NCBI GenBank assembly: GCA_963812015.1
Contig: CAWETI010000003.1
Coordinates: 1,856,001 to 1,920,000 of the forward strand
Length of the DNA: 64,000 nucleotides
Reading direction: 5' to 3'
DNA from: an uncultured delta proteobacterium
GTDB taxonomy: Bacteria; Desulfobacterota; Desulfobaccia; Desulfobaccales; 0-14-0-80-60-11
Each line of letters opens with the position of its first letter. Within the stretch, counting starts at the first letter, position 1. The position numbers were made by a program, and so were the translations under genes. This document shows positions 28,187 to 38,839 of the stretch, piece by piece. Under the pieces are notes generated by a model. It saw nothing but the letters and a program-made list of their open reading frames with translations, did not search any database and had not been told where the DNA came from.

Positions 28187-28975
28187 ATGGCCTGTCATGG
28201 TTTAATAGAATCGATGGACCGAGTGACACGTGAATCTGCCAAAAATTTGGGAATATGGCTCAACCGCTTCGGCCTGACGGTGCTGGAGTTCTTTCTGCCC
28301 CGGATGTGTCTGTTCTGCGGGGCGGCGGTGGGGGAAGAGGCCCAGATCGCGGTCTGTCCGGAGTGCGAGGGGCAGATCGAGTGGGTCGCCAGCCCCCTGT
28401 GCACCTGCTGCGGGGTGATGTTTGCCTCCCGGGACGGCGCCGACCGCGTCTGCGGGGATTGCCAGACTGATCCGCCCCCCTTTACCCGGGCCCGGGCCGC
28501 GGCTATCTACGAGGGGCCCGTGGCCAAGGCCATTACCAATTTCAAGTTCGGCCGCCGCATGGCCTATCTCCCGGTTTTGCAGCACTGGCTGAGGTGCCCC
28601 CTGTGTCTGGAGTTGGTGGCCACCGCCGACCTCCTGGCACCCGTGCCCCTCCACCCGAAACGCCTGAAACATCGGGGCTTCAACCAGTCCCTCCTCCTGG
28701 CCCGGACCTTCCCAGAGGTGCCGGTGGAACGGGAGGCCGTTGTCCGCACCCGCCATACCGTGCCCCAGGTGGGACTCAAGGCCAGGGAGCGCCGGGACAA
28801 CGTCAAGGGGGCCTTTGCGGTGCCCGATCCGGCCCGGGTGAAGGGGAAAAACGTGCCCCTGGTTGATGACCTGTTCACCACCGGCTCCACGGTGCAGGAG
28901 TGCGCCAAAGTCTTGCGCAGGGCCGGCGCCCGCCAGGTGGAAGTCCTCACCGTGGCCCGGGTGAGGCATGAATGA
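28187..28975 (+). CDS. comF: ComF family phosphoribosyltransferase-like protein
   Basis: Double Zn ribbon (CxxC x4), PVPLH, RGFNQ, VDDLFTTGST; start uncertain. Confidence 0.9.
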   Translation: MACHGLIESMDRVTRESAKNLGIWLNRFGLTVLEFFLPRMCLFCGAAVGEEAQIAVCPECEGQIEWVASPLCTCCGVMFASRDGADRVCGDCQTDPPPFTRARAAAIYEGPVAKAITNFKFGRRMAYLPVLQHWLRCPLCLELVATADLLAPVPLHPKRLKHRGFNQSLLLARTFPEVPVEREAVVRTRHTVPQVGLKARERRDNVKGAFAVPDPARVKGKNVPLVDDLFTTGSTVQECAKVLRRAGARQVEVLTVARVRHE

Positions 28976-29141
28976 GAATTAAGGGAAAAAACGGATTGCT
29001 GGAATTTCTGATGGTGGCCCGTGCCGGCCCTACAGGTAAAATATTTTACCATCACTGGTTCTCGTTAGGGCACAGGGTACTGGGCCCTCTAACGACCAAC
29101 CTTGGGATGAAAATTCTTCATATTTACCGAGGCCGCAATTC

Positions 29142-29636
29142 ATGACCGTATGCAGCACCGACCATAAAGTGGTGGATCGGGAGGCCGCGGCCCGGTGGGT
29201 CAAAGACCGACAGGGCGCGGCTAAGCTGGTGGTCTTCACCAACGGCTGTTTCGATCTCCTGCACCTGGGCCACGTGCACTACCTGGAGGAGGCGCGCTCC
29301 CTGGGGGACGCCCTCATCGTCGGGGTCAACACCGACGCCTCGGTGGCCCGCCTGGGCAAAGGCCCCGGCCGCCCCCTCAACCCCGCAGCCGACCGGGCTC
29401 GGCTCTTGGCGGCCCTAGCCTGCGTGGATCGGGTGGTGCTGTTCCCCGAAGACACGCCCCTGGAGCTCATTACCATGATCGCCCCCGACATCCTGGTGAA
29501 AGGCGGGGACTACCAACTGCACGAGATCGTGGGCCGGGAAGCGGTACTGGCCCGGGGCGGCCGGGTGGTGGCTTTGCCCTTCGTGCCGGGCTACTCCACC
29601 ACCGCGCTCCTCGAGCGCATCCGGGGTGGAGGTTGA
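29142..29636 (+). CDS. rfaE2: D-glycero-beta-D-manno-heptose 1-phosphate adenylyltransferase
   Basis: [34 protein letters not shown]. Confidence 0.93.
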   Translation: MTVCSTDHKVVDREAAARWVKDRQGAAKLVVFTNGCFDLLHLGHVHYLEEARSLGDALIVGVNTDASVARLGKGPGRPLNPAADRARLLAALACVDRVVLFPEDTPLELITMIAPDILVKGGDYQLHEIVGREAVLARGGRVVALPFVPGYSTTALLERIRGGG

Positions 29637-29916
29637 GGAGGAGGCAAACCGACCTCTGCCGTTCTTGTCCTGGCAGTCCTTGTGAGCAATAATTTGATTT
29701 TTAAAAATGTTATGTGCTATCGTGCTATCCACGAATCGAGTTTGGTTTAAATAATAAAGTCGCTTTTGTGCTAACCTTTGGAAAAGATGTCCCATAGCCG
29801 ATTTCTTACAGACGCAGCCAAAACTGCCGCATCATCTCCATATAACTCCCCCAATAGGCGCCAAGCAGCAATGCAGTCAAAGATGCCCCCCGATCATCAT
29901 CGTTGCCATAGCATAA

Positions 29917-31072
29917 ATGATCAAAGCTAAGATAATCATATCCTACCTGATTATAATTGTTATTAATATTCTCTGTATTGAGAGTATAGCTTATTGTTTA
30001 GGGAAATATTTAGAAACTAAAGGTGTGTTATATAAAGCGCAGGAAACTTTTGATGATTTTGATAATTATCTGAAAAACCGACATCCGGTATTAGGTTGGA
30101 TTTCTCAGAAGGATGTCGATGCACATGGGTCACGCCTCATTCCTGCCTACCCTGACCCCACCAAATTTACTGCCTGCGTCTCTTTGTATGGAGATTCTTT
30201 TACTTGGGGCGCAGAAGTTGATAATGAAGACGCCTGGTCCAATGTGCTCTCATCATTACTGGGTTGCCGGGTAGAAAATTATGGTGTCGGTGGGTACGGC
30301 ACTGACCAAGCTTATTTGCGGTTCAAGTTAAATATTCAGGATAAATCCAAGGTTGTCATAATGGGTTTTTTAACTGAAAATATTTTCAGAAATATTAATC
30401 AATTTAGGAATCTTCTTTATCCAAACCATCGCTATGCCCTTAAGCCGCGATTTATCCTCGATAAGGATGGAAACCTTGAATTGATTCCCTTAATAAATGT
30501 ATCAAAAAATGAATATATTCTCCTCGTGAAAGAACCGGATAAATATTTGAAGCATGAATTTTTTTTTAGAAGACTTCGGCCATATAAATAGTCTTAGATT
30601 CCCCTATACGCTGTCACTCTTAAAATGCGTTAACCATTATTACCTACATGCCAAACTTGCTGGAAAGCCTACCTATTCTGATTTTTACAATTCGAATCAT
30701 AAATCGGGAGCTTTGCAAATTACAAATAAGATTCTTATAGATTTTAATAATGACGCTTCAGCAGAAAACAGGATTCCAATAATATTAATAATACCTACGT
30801 ATGATGATTTAAAATATTTTAAAAAAAATCAAAAATGGGTCTACCAAAATCTCATAGATTTATTAAGAAAAGAAGGCATAGAACCACTACATGTCGGCGA
30901 AGATTTTTTAGAGAAAATTGGAACGCGCAACATTAATGTTTTTTTTACAATTACAACCGGTCACCTTAATGTCGAGGGCAATAAAATACTGGCAGGCATT
31001 GTCTATAAATATATTAAAGAGAAAGTGTCTGCCAACCCATCGAAACCCACCTCATTGCCTGCCTCCCCATAA
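29917..31072 (+). pseudogene. AT-rich SGNH/GDSL-hydrolase-like gene split by a frameshift in a T9 tract
   Basis: ORF1 has an N-terminal TM, GDSFTWG and NYGVGGYGTDQ; ORF2 has the terminal GHLN..GN motif; they overlap at T9 (30559-30567). Confidence 0.8.
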
Positions 31073-31114
31073 TGTTCTCAAGTTTATTCATCAGGCATTG
31101 CGGGGCTCTTCTCA

Positions 31115-32245
31115 TCAAGTTTTTGCCCGCAAGCCGGCGAAGGCCAGGGGCAGGAGGGCCAGGCTGATGGCCCCGGAGATGATGAGCGGCGCCTGGTAGC
31201 CGTAGGCCGCGCCCAGGGGGCCGAAGATCAGTGACCCGGCCAGGACCCCCATGGTGGTGGTCAGGGAGATGAGGCTGGCGCTGCCGCCGATGCGGTCCAC
31301 GTGAAAGAGCCGGGTGATCGTGGTGTAGGTCTCCATAAGGATGAGGCCGTCGCCGAACCCGTGCACCGCCCGCCAGGCAAAGGACCAGGGCAGGACCGGA
31401 TATGTCATCATGATATGCCCGGCGCCGGAAAAAACGAGGGCCAGGGAGAGAAAGGTGAGGGGCTTGAGGCGCTGCGCCCAAAAACGGCCGTGGAGATAGG
31501 CGGTGAGGGCCACTACCCCGAACTCCCCGGCCATGTATGTCCCCACCCCCAGGGGCGACAGGCCCAGGTTCTCCTCCAGGAACAGGGCGAGGCTGGTGGC
31601 CTCGGCCCCCCAGTGCAGGGTGAAGAGAAAGAGCCAGGTGACAAAAAAGAGCACCGGGGGAGCCAGAAAATCCCGGCCATACTCGAAGAGGGGGATACGC
31701 ACGCCCCGGGTCAGCGGGAGTTTGACCGTGGGCGCAATCAACAGGAGTAGCCCGATGCTGCAGAGCTTCAGGGTGGTGGCAAAATCCAGCCAGTAATACG
31801 CCGCCCCCCCAAAAAGGGCCCCCACCATCATCCCCCCCATGCGCATGGCGTTATAGTGGCCCAGACGCCGGGGGGTATCCGCCTGCTCTTCCTTGAACAA
31901 CAGGGTATCCAGGGAGAGCCGGAAGAGTTGGATACTCAGGCCGAACCCCCAAAAGACCCCCAGAAAGGTCCAGAAACTCCCCACGACCGCCAGCCCCCAG
32001 AGGCTCAGGGCCATGGCCGCCAGGCCGATCCGGGTGAGAATCCGGGCCGGATACCGGTCGCCGATGACGCCCACGGGGAAGGCCACCAGGATGGCGTTCA
32101 GACTCAGGACCGCATAGAGGACCCCGATCTGGCCCCCGGTGAAATGGAGACTGCCTTTTAAATAAAGGGGGAGCAGGAAATAGATGCAGGCGATGACGGC
32201 GGAATAGACGCTGATGTAAAAGGGAAGCAAGGCGGAAGGCCGCAC
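31115..32245 (-). CDS. MFS transporter
   Basis: About 12 hydrophobic segments, GVIGDRYPAR motif A. Confidence 0.9.
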   Translation of the reverse strand: MRPSALLPFYISVYSAVIACIYFLLPLYLKGSLHFTGGQIGVLYAVLSLNAILVAFPVGVIGDRYPARILTRIGLAAMALSLWGLAVVGSFWTFLGVFWGFGLSIQLFRLSLDTLLFKEEQADTPRRLGHYNAMRMGGMMVGALFGGAAYYWLDFATTLKLCSIGLLLLIAPTVKLPLTRGVRIPLFEYGRDFLAPPVLFFVTWLFLFTLHWGAEATSLALFLEENLGLSPLGVGTYMAGEFGVVALTAYLHGRFWAQRLKPLTFLSLALVFSGAGHIMMTYPVLPWSFAWRAVHGFGDGLILMETYTTITRLFHVDRIGGSASLISLTTTMGVLAGSLIFGPLGAAYGYQAPLIISGAISLALLPLAFAGLRAKT

Positions 32246-32668
32246 TTATACGGCGCTGCGGTCGAGCCGGACCTCCATGGCCCGGGCCGGACATACCGGG
32301 CAGCACAGCTCGCAGGCGCTGCATTTGCTGGCGTCAAAGAGCACTGCCATCTCCGGCCGCTTGACGTAGAGGGCCCCGGTGGGACAGACAGCAGTGCAGG
32401 CGCCGCATTGGTAGCAGCGCTCTTCGTTGCGCCGGACATCCCGGGCCACCCGCTGCACCTTGACTCCCGCCTCCCGGAGGTATTTGAGGCCCCGCCGGAA
32501 ATTCTTGGGGTGGCCCCGGAGCTCCATGACCATAATCCCCTCTTTCCGGGGATAGATGGTGGCCTTGAGGAGGTTGAACTCCAGGTCGTAATCCTTGACC
32601 AGGCGGTAAATGATGGGCTGATCCACCACTTCCTGGGAAAACCGCAGCACTAACATTTCCGCATGCAT
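32246..32668 (-). CDS. NIL domain + 2[4Fe-4S] ferredoxin protein
   Basis: QPIIYRLVKDYDLEFNLLKA (NIL), CYQCGACTAVCP, CSACELCCPVCP; SD GAGGA. Confidence 0.9.
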   Translation of the reverse strand: MHAEMLVLRFSQEVVDQPIIYRLVKDYDLEFNLLKATIYPRKEGIMVMELRGHPKNFRRGLKYLREAGVKVQRVARDVRRNEERCYQCGACTAVCPTGALYVKRPEMAVLFDASKCSACELCCPVCPARAMEVRLDRSAV

Positions 32669-32852
32669 ATCCTGATCCTCTGTGGGGCGGCTACCCCCTG
32701 GCCGCCGCCATTCATGCGCCGGCTCTTTCCAGAGGCGGGCGCCGAGGCCCGCCCCGCCGGTCAATATCTCTAAATCTCTAAATTCTTCCTGGCGATGGGC
32801 GCCGGCCAGGATTCCATAATCTCATAAAATTATATCAGAAAAACGGCATCCC

Positions 32853-35837
32853 TCAAACCAGGCTGCCGAAGCGACGCTCCCAGGCAGTCCTCAGGGTGGA
32901 CAGGGGGGCCTCCAGCAGGGTCTGGCCATGGCGGATAATCTTGAAGGTTGAATTAACGCCAACCTGTCCGAGGTAATAAAGGGGCTGGCCCTGAAACATC
33001 TCCTCCAGGCGGCCCTGGTGGGCCGGGTCCACGCTCACCAAGAAACGCCCGGCGGATTCTGAATAAAGTGCGACATAGGCCGGGCATTCGGGGGCCACCC
33101 GGCTCAGGTCCACCTCCACCCCCAAGCCCGCCGCCAGGCTGGCCAGGGCCAGATGTACCGCCAGGCCGCCCCGATAGAGGCCGTGGGCCGAAGCCAGGAG
33201 ATCCCCCCGGCCGGCCGCCTCCAGGACGCCATAATAGGCCAGGAAGGCCTCGGGGTTAACCTTAGGGACGCTCAGCCCCACCGCGCCCAGAAGCTCGTAA
33301 AACTCCGAACCTCCCAGCTCTGGCCGAGTGTCCCCCACCAAATAAATGAGGTCCCCGGGCCGTTTCCACTCTGGGCTCAAGGCCCGGCGCAGGTCCGGCA
33401 GGACGCTCACCGCGGTGAAAAACAGGGTGGGCAGGCCGCTTACCCGGTGCATCTCGCCGTAGGCCCCGGGCAGCACGCCGTCCACGTACATGCTGTCCTT
33501 GCCGGACAGCAAAGGGATGCCATAAGCCCGGCACAGGTCTTTGAGGGCCAAGCAGGCCCTTACCAACTGCGCCGCTTTGTAGTCCCCATCGGGGTTGTGT
33601 TGGGGGTGGTACTCCACACTGGGCCAACAGAAGTTGTCCACCCCGCCGATATGGGAAAGGCTTCCGCCTACCGCCAACAGGCGCCGCACCGCTTCGTCGA
33701 TAGTCACAGCGGTCATGTGATAGGTGTCGATCTGGGAGTAGGCGGGGTTCAGGGCCAGGCTCACGGCCAGCCCCCGGTGCGAATCCGGCCGGGGCCGCAG
33801 CACCGCCGCATCGCCGGGCACCGAGGCCGCCTCCCCCACCAGGGGTTTAACCACGCTTGCCCCCTGGACCTCGTGATCGTACTGGCGGGTGATCCACTCC
33901 CGGGAGCAGATGTTGGGGCGGTCCAGCATGGCCAGGAGCACTCCCAGGTGATCCCCGGGCTCCCCCAAGACCGGCTCCACCAGGCGGGTCTCCGGTGGCA
34001 GCCACCGAGCCTCAAACTCCCAGGGGGGAAACTCCTCCTCCAGAAACGACAGGTCCATGTAGGCGCAGGTGCGGCCCTGGTACTTCACATCCAGGATGCC
34101 CGTATCGGTGTAGCGGCCCATGACGGTTGCCTCCACCGCGTGCTTCCGGGCCAGACTCTTGAAGCGGGCTTCATGCTCCGGCCTCACGGCCACCACCATG
34201 CGCTCCTGTGATTCCGACACCCAAATTTCCCAGGGGTTCAGGCCCTGGTATTTCAGAGGCACCGCTTCCAGCCAGACCTCCCCGCCGCCGGCCATCCGGG
34301 CCGATTCTCCCACTGCCGACGACAGCCCGCCGCCGCCGCAGTCGGTGATAAAGGTGATGAGGCCCTGGTCCCGGGCCTCCAGGAGGAAGTCGTGCATATT
34401 CTTCTGGGTGTAGGGGTCGCCGATCTGGACGTGGCCGGCCGGAGTGCCCGGGGACGAGACTTCGGAGGAGGCCGTTACCCCGTGAATCCCGTCCTTGCCC
34501 ACCCGGCCGCCACAGGTGATGATCAGGTCGCCGGGGTGGGCCGCCTTTTCAGCCCCAGGCTCGCCGTGGATTTCCTTGGGCAGGAGCCCTATCGCCCCCA
34601 CGAACACCAGGCATTTGCCCAGGTAGGCGGCGTCAAAATAGAGGGCGCCGTTGACGGTGGGGACCCCGCTCTTGTTACCCCCATCCTTGACGCCTTCGAT
34701 AACGCCGTCCAGGAGCCGCCGGGGGTGCAGCCGGGGTTTGAGCGGTCCGCCATAGTCCCGGGGGCCGACGCAAAAGCCGTACATACCGCCGATAAGGCGA
34801 GCCCCCTTGCCGGTGCCCAGGGGGTCCCGGTAGACCCCCACGATGCCGGTGAGGGAACCGCCGTAGGCCTCCAGGTTGGAAGGGGAATTGTGGGTCTCGC
34901 CCTTAATCACATAGGAGAACTCGTCGTCGAACTGCCCCACCCCGGCGTTGTCCCACAGCACCGACACCACCCAGGGTTTGTCCCGGGCAATTTCCCGGGT
35001 GGGGGCGTCAATACAGACCTTGAAGGGGTTATCCAGGGTTAAGGTCTCGCCGCTCACCACATCCCGGTAGAGGAACCGCCCCCGGAAGGTGTTGTGATTG
35101 CAATGGTCACTGCGGGCCTGGGCCAGGTACTCCAGTTCCACGTCGGTGGGCGCCGCAAGCCCCACTGCCGCCCGCCGGGCCTTGACTTCGGGGCGCTGAA
35201 AATAACCCAAAATGACCGGCAGGTCGGCATCCCGCAGGGCCAGATAGCGCCGGCGGCTCAGTTCCTTGAGGACGTCCGCCGAGGTGATCTCAAAGGCCTC
35301 CACTGTCGAGGTGTGGGCTAAAACCACCCGGGGCAAAATAATCCCCATCCCGGTGCCGGGGTCCCAAGTCTCTTGGGAAAAGATCCGAAATTCCTGGACC
35401 ATGTCGTTGGCCAGGAGTTCCCGGGCGATCTGGGCCACGTGCGGCTCGGTGAGGTTCTCGCCGGTTAAGAGAAAGAGCCTGGAGGTATAGACCGCGGCTT
35501 CCGGGGGCAGCGGTCGGCCCAGGAAAGCCTCGATGGCCTCGAGGGCCACGGCCCCGGCCGTATCCCGTACTCCGGGCTTGAAGCCCACCCAGATGGCCCA
35601 GTGGAAATCCCGGGCCAGGGGTTGAAAACTGGAGACCTGGGTGGTGGGATGGGTGAAGATGTCGGTGCGGATTGCCTCCAAGGCTGCCGTTGGCAGGTCC
35701 ACATCCAGCATGAGGACCCGCAGCACCCTGACGGCCATAAGGTCAAGGCCGAAATATTCCCGGGCCAGGCGGCGGACCGCCTCCCCTTCCGCGTCCGTCA
35801 GGTCCGGGTGCCAACCGATTTCCAAACGAACTGCCAT
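32853..35837 (-). CDS. purL: Phosphoribosylformylglycinamidine synthase, synthetase subunit
   Basis: SDHCNH, ETHNSPS, HGVT.SS, DCGGGG, SESQERM, QYDHEVQG, SGKDSM. Confidence 0.95.
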   Translation of the reverse strand: MAVRLEIGWHPDLTDAEGEAVRRLAREYFGLDLMAVRVLRVLMLDVDLPTAALEAIRTDIFTHPTTQVSSFQPLARDFHWAIWVGFKPGVRDTAGAVALEAIEAFLGRPLPPEAAVYTSRLFLLTGENLTEPHVAQIARELLANDMVQEFRIFSQETWDPGTGMGIILPRVVLAHTSTVEAFEITSADVLKELSRRRYLALRDADLPVILGYFQRPEVKARRAAVGLAAPTDVELEYLAQARSDHCNHNTFRGRFLYRDVVSGETLTLDNPFKVCIDAPTREIARDKPWVVSVLWDNAGVGQFDDEFSYVIKGETHNSPSNLEAYGGSLTGIVGVYRDPLGTGKGARLIGGMYGFCVGPRDYGGPLKPRLHPRRLLDGVIEGVKDGGNKSGVPTVNGALYFDAAYLGKCLVFVGAIGLLPKEIHGEPGAEKAAHPGDLIITCGGRVGKDGIHGVTASSEVSSPGTPAGHVQIGDPYTQKNMHDFLLEARDQGLITFITDCGGGGLSSAVGESARMAGGGEVWLEAVPLKYQGLNPWEIWVSESQERMVVAVRPEHEARFKSLARKHAVEATVMGRYTDTGILDVKYQGRTCAYMDLSFLEEEFPPWEFEARWLPPETRLVEPVLGEPGDHLGVLLAMLDRPNICSREWITRQYDHEVQGASVVKPLVGEAASVPGDAAVLRPRPDSHRGLAVSLALNPAYSQIDTYHMTAVTIDEAVRRLLAVGGSLSHIGGVDNFCWPSVEYHPQHNPDGDYKAAQLVRACLALKDLCRAYGIPLLSGKDSMYVDGVLPGAYGEMHRVSGLPTLFFTAVSVLPDLRRALSPEWKRPGDLIYLVGDTRPELGGSEFYELLGAVGLSVPKVNPEAFLAYYGVLEAAGRGDLLASAHGLYRGGLAVHLALASLAAGLGVEVDLSRVAPECPAYVALYSESAGRFLVSVDPAHQGRLEEMFQGQPLYYLGQVGVNSTFKIIRHGQTLLEAPLSTLRTAWERRFGSLV

Positions 35838-36118
35838 AGTTCTCCCCAGAAGCTCCTTTACTTAATGGAGCAAATATACCACCAGGCGAGCCGGATAGAA
35901 AGCCTAAGATGTCATGAATCACATTTAAGCCGGCCACCAGAAAATCGAGACCTGACCCGGCCCGACCATGCAGGCAAAACCTACCCCGCTGCCGGGTCTA
36001 GGAGGCGGCCAGGCTTATCAGGCGCGCTTTGATTTAATCATCCGAAAAGCGTCTCGAAGGGGGATTTGATGGAAGAAAAGGCCCAGGGGTACTGACCCTC
36101 CGGTGAGGGGTCTCAGGA

Positions 36119-36224
36119 GGATGTTGAATAACCGCCACTTCCTTCAGCTGGTTATTCTAAGCCAAGCCACAATAAATCCGTAACTTCGTGCAGGATGACA
36201 AAAGACCGCTTTTCAACAGTGTCC
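36119..36224 (+). repeat. MITE-like repeat, family C
   Basis: TGGTTATTCTAAGCC...CAGGATGACAAAA.ACC.CTTTTCAACA shared with 58357-58454 and 38755-38839 (inverted); ends TGTTGAA/TTCAACA. Confidence 0.65.
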
Positions 36225-36348
36225 CATGGGGAGGTTATGTCATGCCGGGCCGGGGCCGAAGCTGGCCGATTCAGCCAAACCGGGGTGATGGGAGGCGTTC
36301 CTCCGGGTAGAGGGCACGAATAGCGGGGTCGAGGAAAGGTTGTGGGCC

Positions 36349-36585
36349 TTAGCCAGTCCTAAAGAGCAGAAAAACTGCCATAAGAATACCCACTTGGATG
36401 ATCAGGATAAATTCGATTCGTTTAACTTGGGCCTCAGCTGCCAGGATTTTTGGCAGGTATTCAAGCTCGGACTCGATGCTGGCCAGCCCCGACATCAGCG
36501 CCCCATATTCTTCCGGGGTAATGATGCCCCTGAGGCCGAAGCTGGATTTATGCTCTCCTCCCCTATCTAAGTCGCTGCCTTTCAT
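36349..36585 (-). CDS. Small hypothetical protein with C-terminal TM helix
   Basis: 78 aa, G-rich SD, amphipathic helix then FILIIQVGILMAVFLLF. Confidence 0.55.
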   Translation of the reverse strand: MKGSDLDRGGEHKSSFGLRGIITPEEYGALMSGLASIESELEYLPKILAAEAQVKRIEFILIIQVGILMAVFLLFRTG

Positions 36586-36827
36586 GAGCACCCCCCCCAT
36601 GATTCTTATCGGCACGATTATCTCAGACTTAAAAGTTGCGGGGTCGAGTACGGTCAGAGTGGGAGGCTATGGAATCTTCAGGCCGAAATCTGACGATTTC
36701 CTGGGGACCATGATCCGGTCCAGGGAGGGCTCTCTCCCGGAGGAGATGGAGGGGCGCAGGCCAGGAAGGGTGGCGACGGTCTCTCCGGGACTCGCAGGCT
36801 AATGGTGCTGAACCTTTACCTCTCCCT

Positions 36828-37076
36828 TTATCCGGCCTGGTTGGCGGGTACAGCCTGGCCCTTATATTGGGAGCCCCCAGATTTTTTCGTTATTTCTGCC
36901 GCATGGCTTTGGAGCGTGAGGCAGTGCGTTTGGCCACGTTGGCAGATATAAGTGTAGCCTTTGTCACTTACGGGGAGGTTGCAGACCAGGCGGTCGATCA
37001 ACGCCGCGACCAGGCCGGTAAGAGAAAAGTTTCGCGGGTGATGGTAATCACAACCGCAATCAGTAATGCTAAGCAT
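36828..37076 (-). CDS. Small Cys/His-containing hypothetical protein
   Basis: 82 aa, GGAGG SD 7 nt upstream, TATAAT at ~37162-37167 on the minus strand. Confidence 0.5.
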   Translation of the reverse strand: MLSITDCGCDYHHPRNFSLTGLVAALIDRLVCNLPVSDKGYTYICQRGQTHCLTLQSHAAEITKKSGGSQYKGQAVPANQAG

Positions 37077-37265
37077 CTTAGATCCTCCATGAATGAAGAT
37101 ACTTATTGGTTGGCGATTTTCGACGGCCTCACCTTCCTGGTTGGCCAGCGAGAATTGCGGACATTATAAATCCTGAGAGAATTAATTGTATAGATAAAAA
37201 TAGACTTTTTATAATATTATTCCGTCCTTTCAGACCTCATGCCGTCGACGCCATACCTTCAAATT

Positions 37266-38642
37266 TCAGTTTCTGGCCAGCAGCGCCCCAAAAAAGGCGT
37301 CCAGGTTATGGTCCTCCGGGGAGGTGCGGTAAAAGCCGGGAGGCTGGATCAGGGCTCGGGCCGGAGGCGGCAGCCGCCCGGGGTCGATAGCCAGCTCGAA
37401 TTCCGGGTGCCGGGCCAGGAAAGCGCCGATCTGGGCCTCATTTTCTTCCGGTTCGGTGGTGCAAGTGATATAGAGGATTCGGCCCCCCGGCTTCAACACC
37501 CTGGCGGCTTCTTCCAGCATCGCGGCCTGCCGGGGCGGGAACGCGGCGAGGTCTCCTTCCCGGAGCCGGCTCTTGATCTCCGGATGGCGCCGAATAATGC
37601 CCAGAGAAGAGCACGGGGCGTCCAGAACCACGGCATCCATGGCGGCGGTTTGTAGCGGCAGCGCCACGGCGGCGTCAGCCCGGAGGGCGTGAGCCGCCTC
37701 CACCCCCCATCGCCGCGTCGTGAGCTTCAGTTCCCTAAGACGGCCCCGATGGCTGTCCACCGCTACCAGCAGGCCGGAATCGGCCATGGCCTCAGCCAGA
37801 TGCGTGGTCTTGCCCCCCCGGCCGGCGCCGATTTCCACCAGGCGCAGGTCCGGCTTCGCCGGCAGCAGGCACGAAACCAGCTGTGCCCCTTCATCCTGAA
37901 AGAGCCAGAGGCCCTCTCGATAAGAAGGCAAATCCGTGGGCGCGGTCTTCAGGGTTTCAAATATGAGGCCCACCGGGGAAAACCGGCACTGCCGGGTTTC
38001 CACCCCTTCCCGGGCCAGCCGGGCCATGAGGCTGGGGGCATCGGTCTTCAGGGTGTTGACCCGAACGGTGAGCGGCGGAATCTGATTGTTGGCCGTCAAG
38101 CGGGCCGCGGTGGCCGCAACGCCATACTGGGCCAGCCAACGCCTGACCAGCCAGGCCGGGTGTGAGTGGATCACGCTGAGGGCCAGCACCGGGTCGGATT
38201 CGGGGTCGGGGAGCGGCGGCGCTTCCCCCGCAGCCAGCCGGCGCAGCACCGCGTTAATAAAGCCCACGTGACTCCGGGGCAGACCTTTGGCCTTGGCCAA
38301 ATTTCCGGCTTCATGGAGCGCCGCCCGGGCCGGCACCCGGTCCAGCATCATAAGCTGAAAGGCTCCCAGGCGCAGGAGTTGCAAAACCAGGGGGTGGAGC
38401 CTGGCGAGGGGCAAGTTGGAGAGCTGGGACAACAGATAATCCAGCCGCAGCTCCCAGCGCTTTACCCCCTGGACCAGCTCCAGCAGCAAGGCCCGTTCCC
38501 GACGCGGCAGTCCGGGATGACGCTTGAGCGTAGCCGCCAAGCGCTCCTCCACCGATTGCCCCGGGCGAGCCGCCGCGGCCAGGATGTCCAGGGCCAGGGC
38601 CCGGGCACCGGGTTGGATCGGCGATAGCAAAAGGTTATTCAA
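37266..38642 (-). CDS. rsmB: 16S rRNA m5C967 methyltransferase
   Basis: NusB-like N-domain (FINAVLR), SHPAWL, QDEGAQL, GAGRGGKT, DAPCS, YITCT..PEEN; start approximate. Confidence 0.93.
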   Translation of the reverse strand: MNNLLLSPIQPGARALALDILAAAARPGQSVEERLAATLKRHPGLPRRERALLLELVQGVKRWELRLDYLLSQLSNLPLARLHPLVLQLLRLGAFQLMMLDRVPARAALHEAGNLAKAKGLPRSHVGFINAVLRRLAAGEAPPLPDPESDPVLALSVIHSHPAWLVRRWLAQYGVAATAARLTANNQIPPLTVRVNTLKTDAPSLMARLAREGVETRQCRFSPVGLIFETLKTAPTDLPSYREGLWLFQDEGAQLVSCLLPAKPDLRLVEIGAGRGGKTTHLAEAMADSGLLVAVDSHRGRLRELKLTTRRWGVEAAHALRADAAVALPLQTAAMDAVVLDAPCSSLGIIRRHPEIKSRLREGDLAAFPPRQAAMLEEAARVLKPGGRILYITCTTEPEENEAQIGAFLARHPEFELAIDPGRLPPPARALIQPPGFYRTSPEDHNLDAFFGALLARN

Positions 38643-38754
38643 GATTGTCCACCCAGAGTGCCTGCTTCCAAACTCACCGGAACCAAACGAACTTTCCTCA
38701 ATAAATTCTGCTTCATCATAGCAAAAGCTTTTTATGATCCCTAACATAATCACT

Positions 38755-38839
38755 AGCGGTTTTTATTGTCAGCCTGAACGAAGGGCATGATCTCAACTCA
38801 AGGTAATGGCGAGATGCGGCGCGGCGCTCAGCATGACCA
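38755..38839 (-). repeat. MITE-like repeat, family C (inverted copy)
   Basis: Reverse complement TGGTCATGCTGAGC...CCCTTCGTTCAGGCTGACAA matches 58357-58432. Confidence 0.7.

Noticed and set aside
27256..31110. AT-rich genes considered as integron cassettes or prophage remnants
   Set aside because: No attC-like ends, integrase or phage genes recognised
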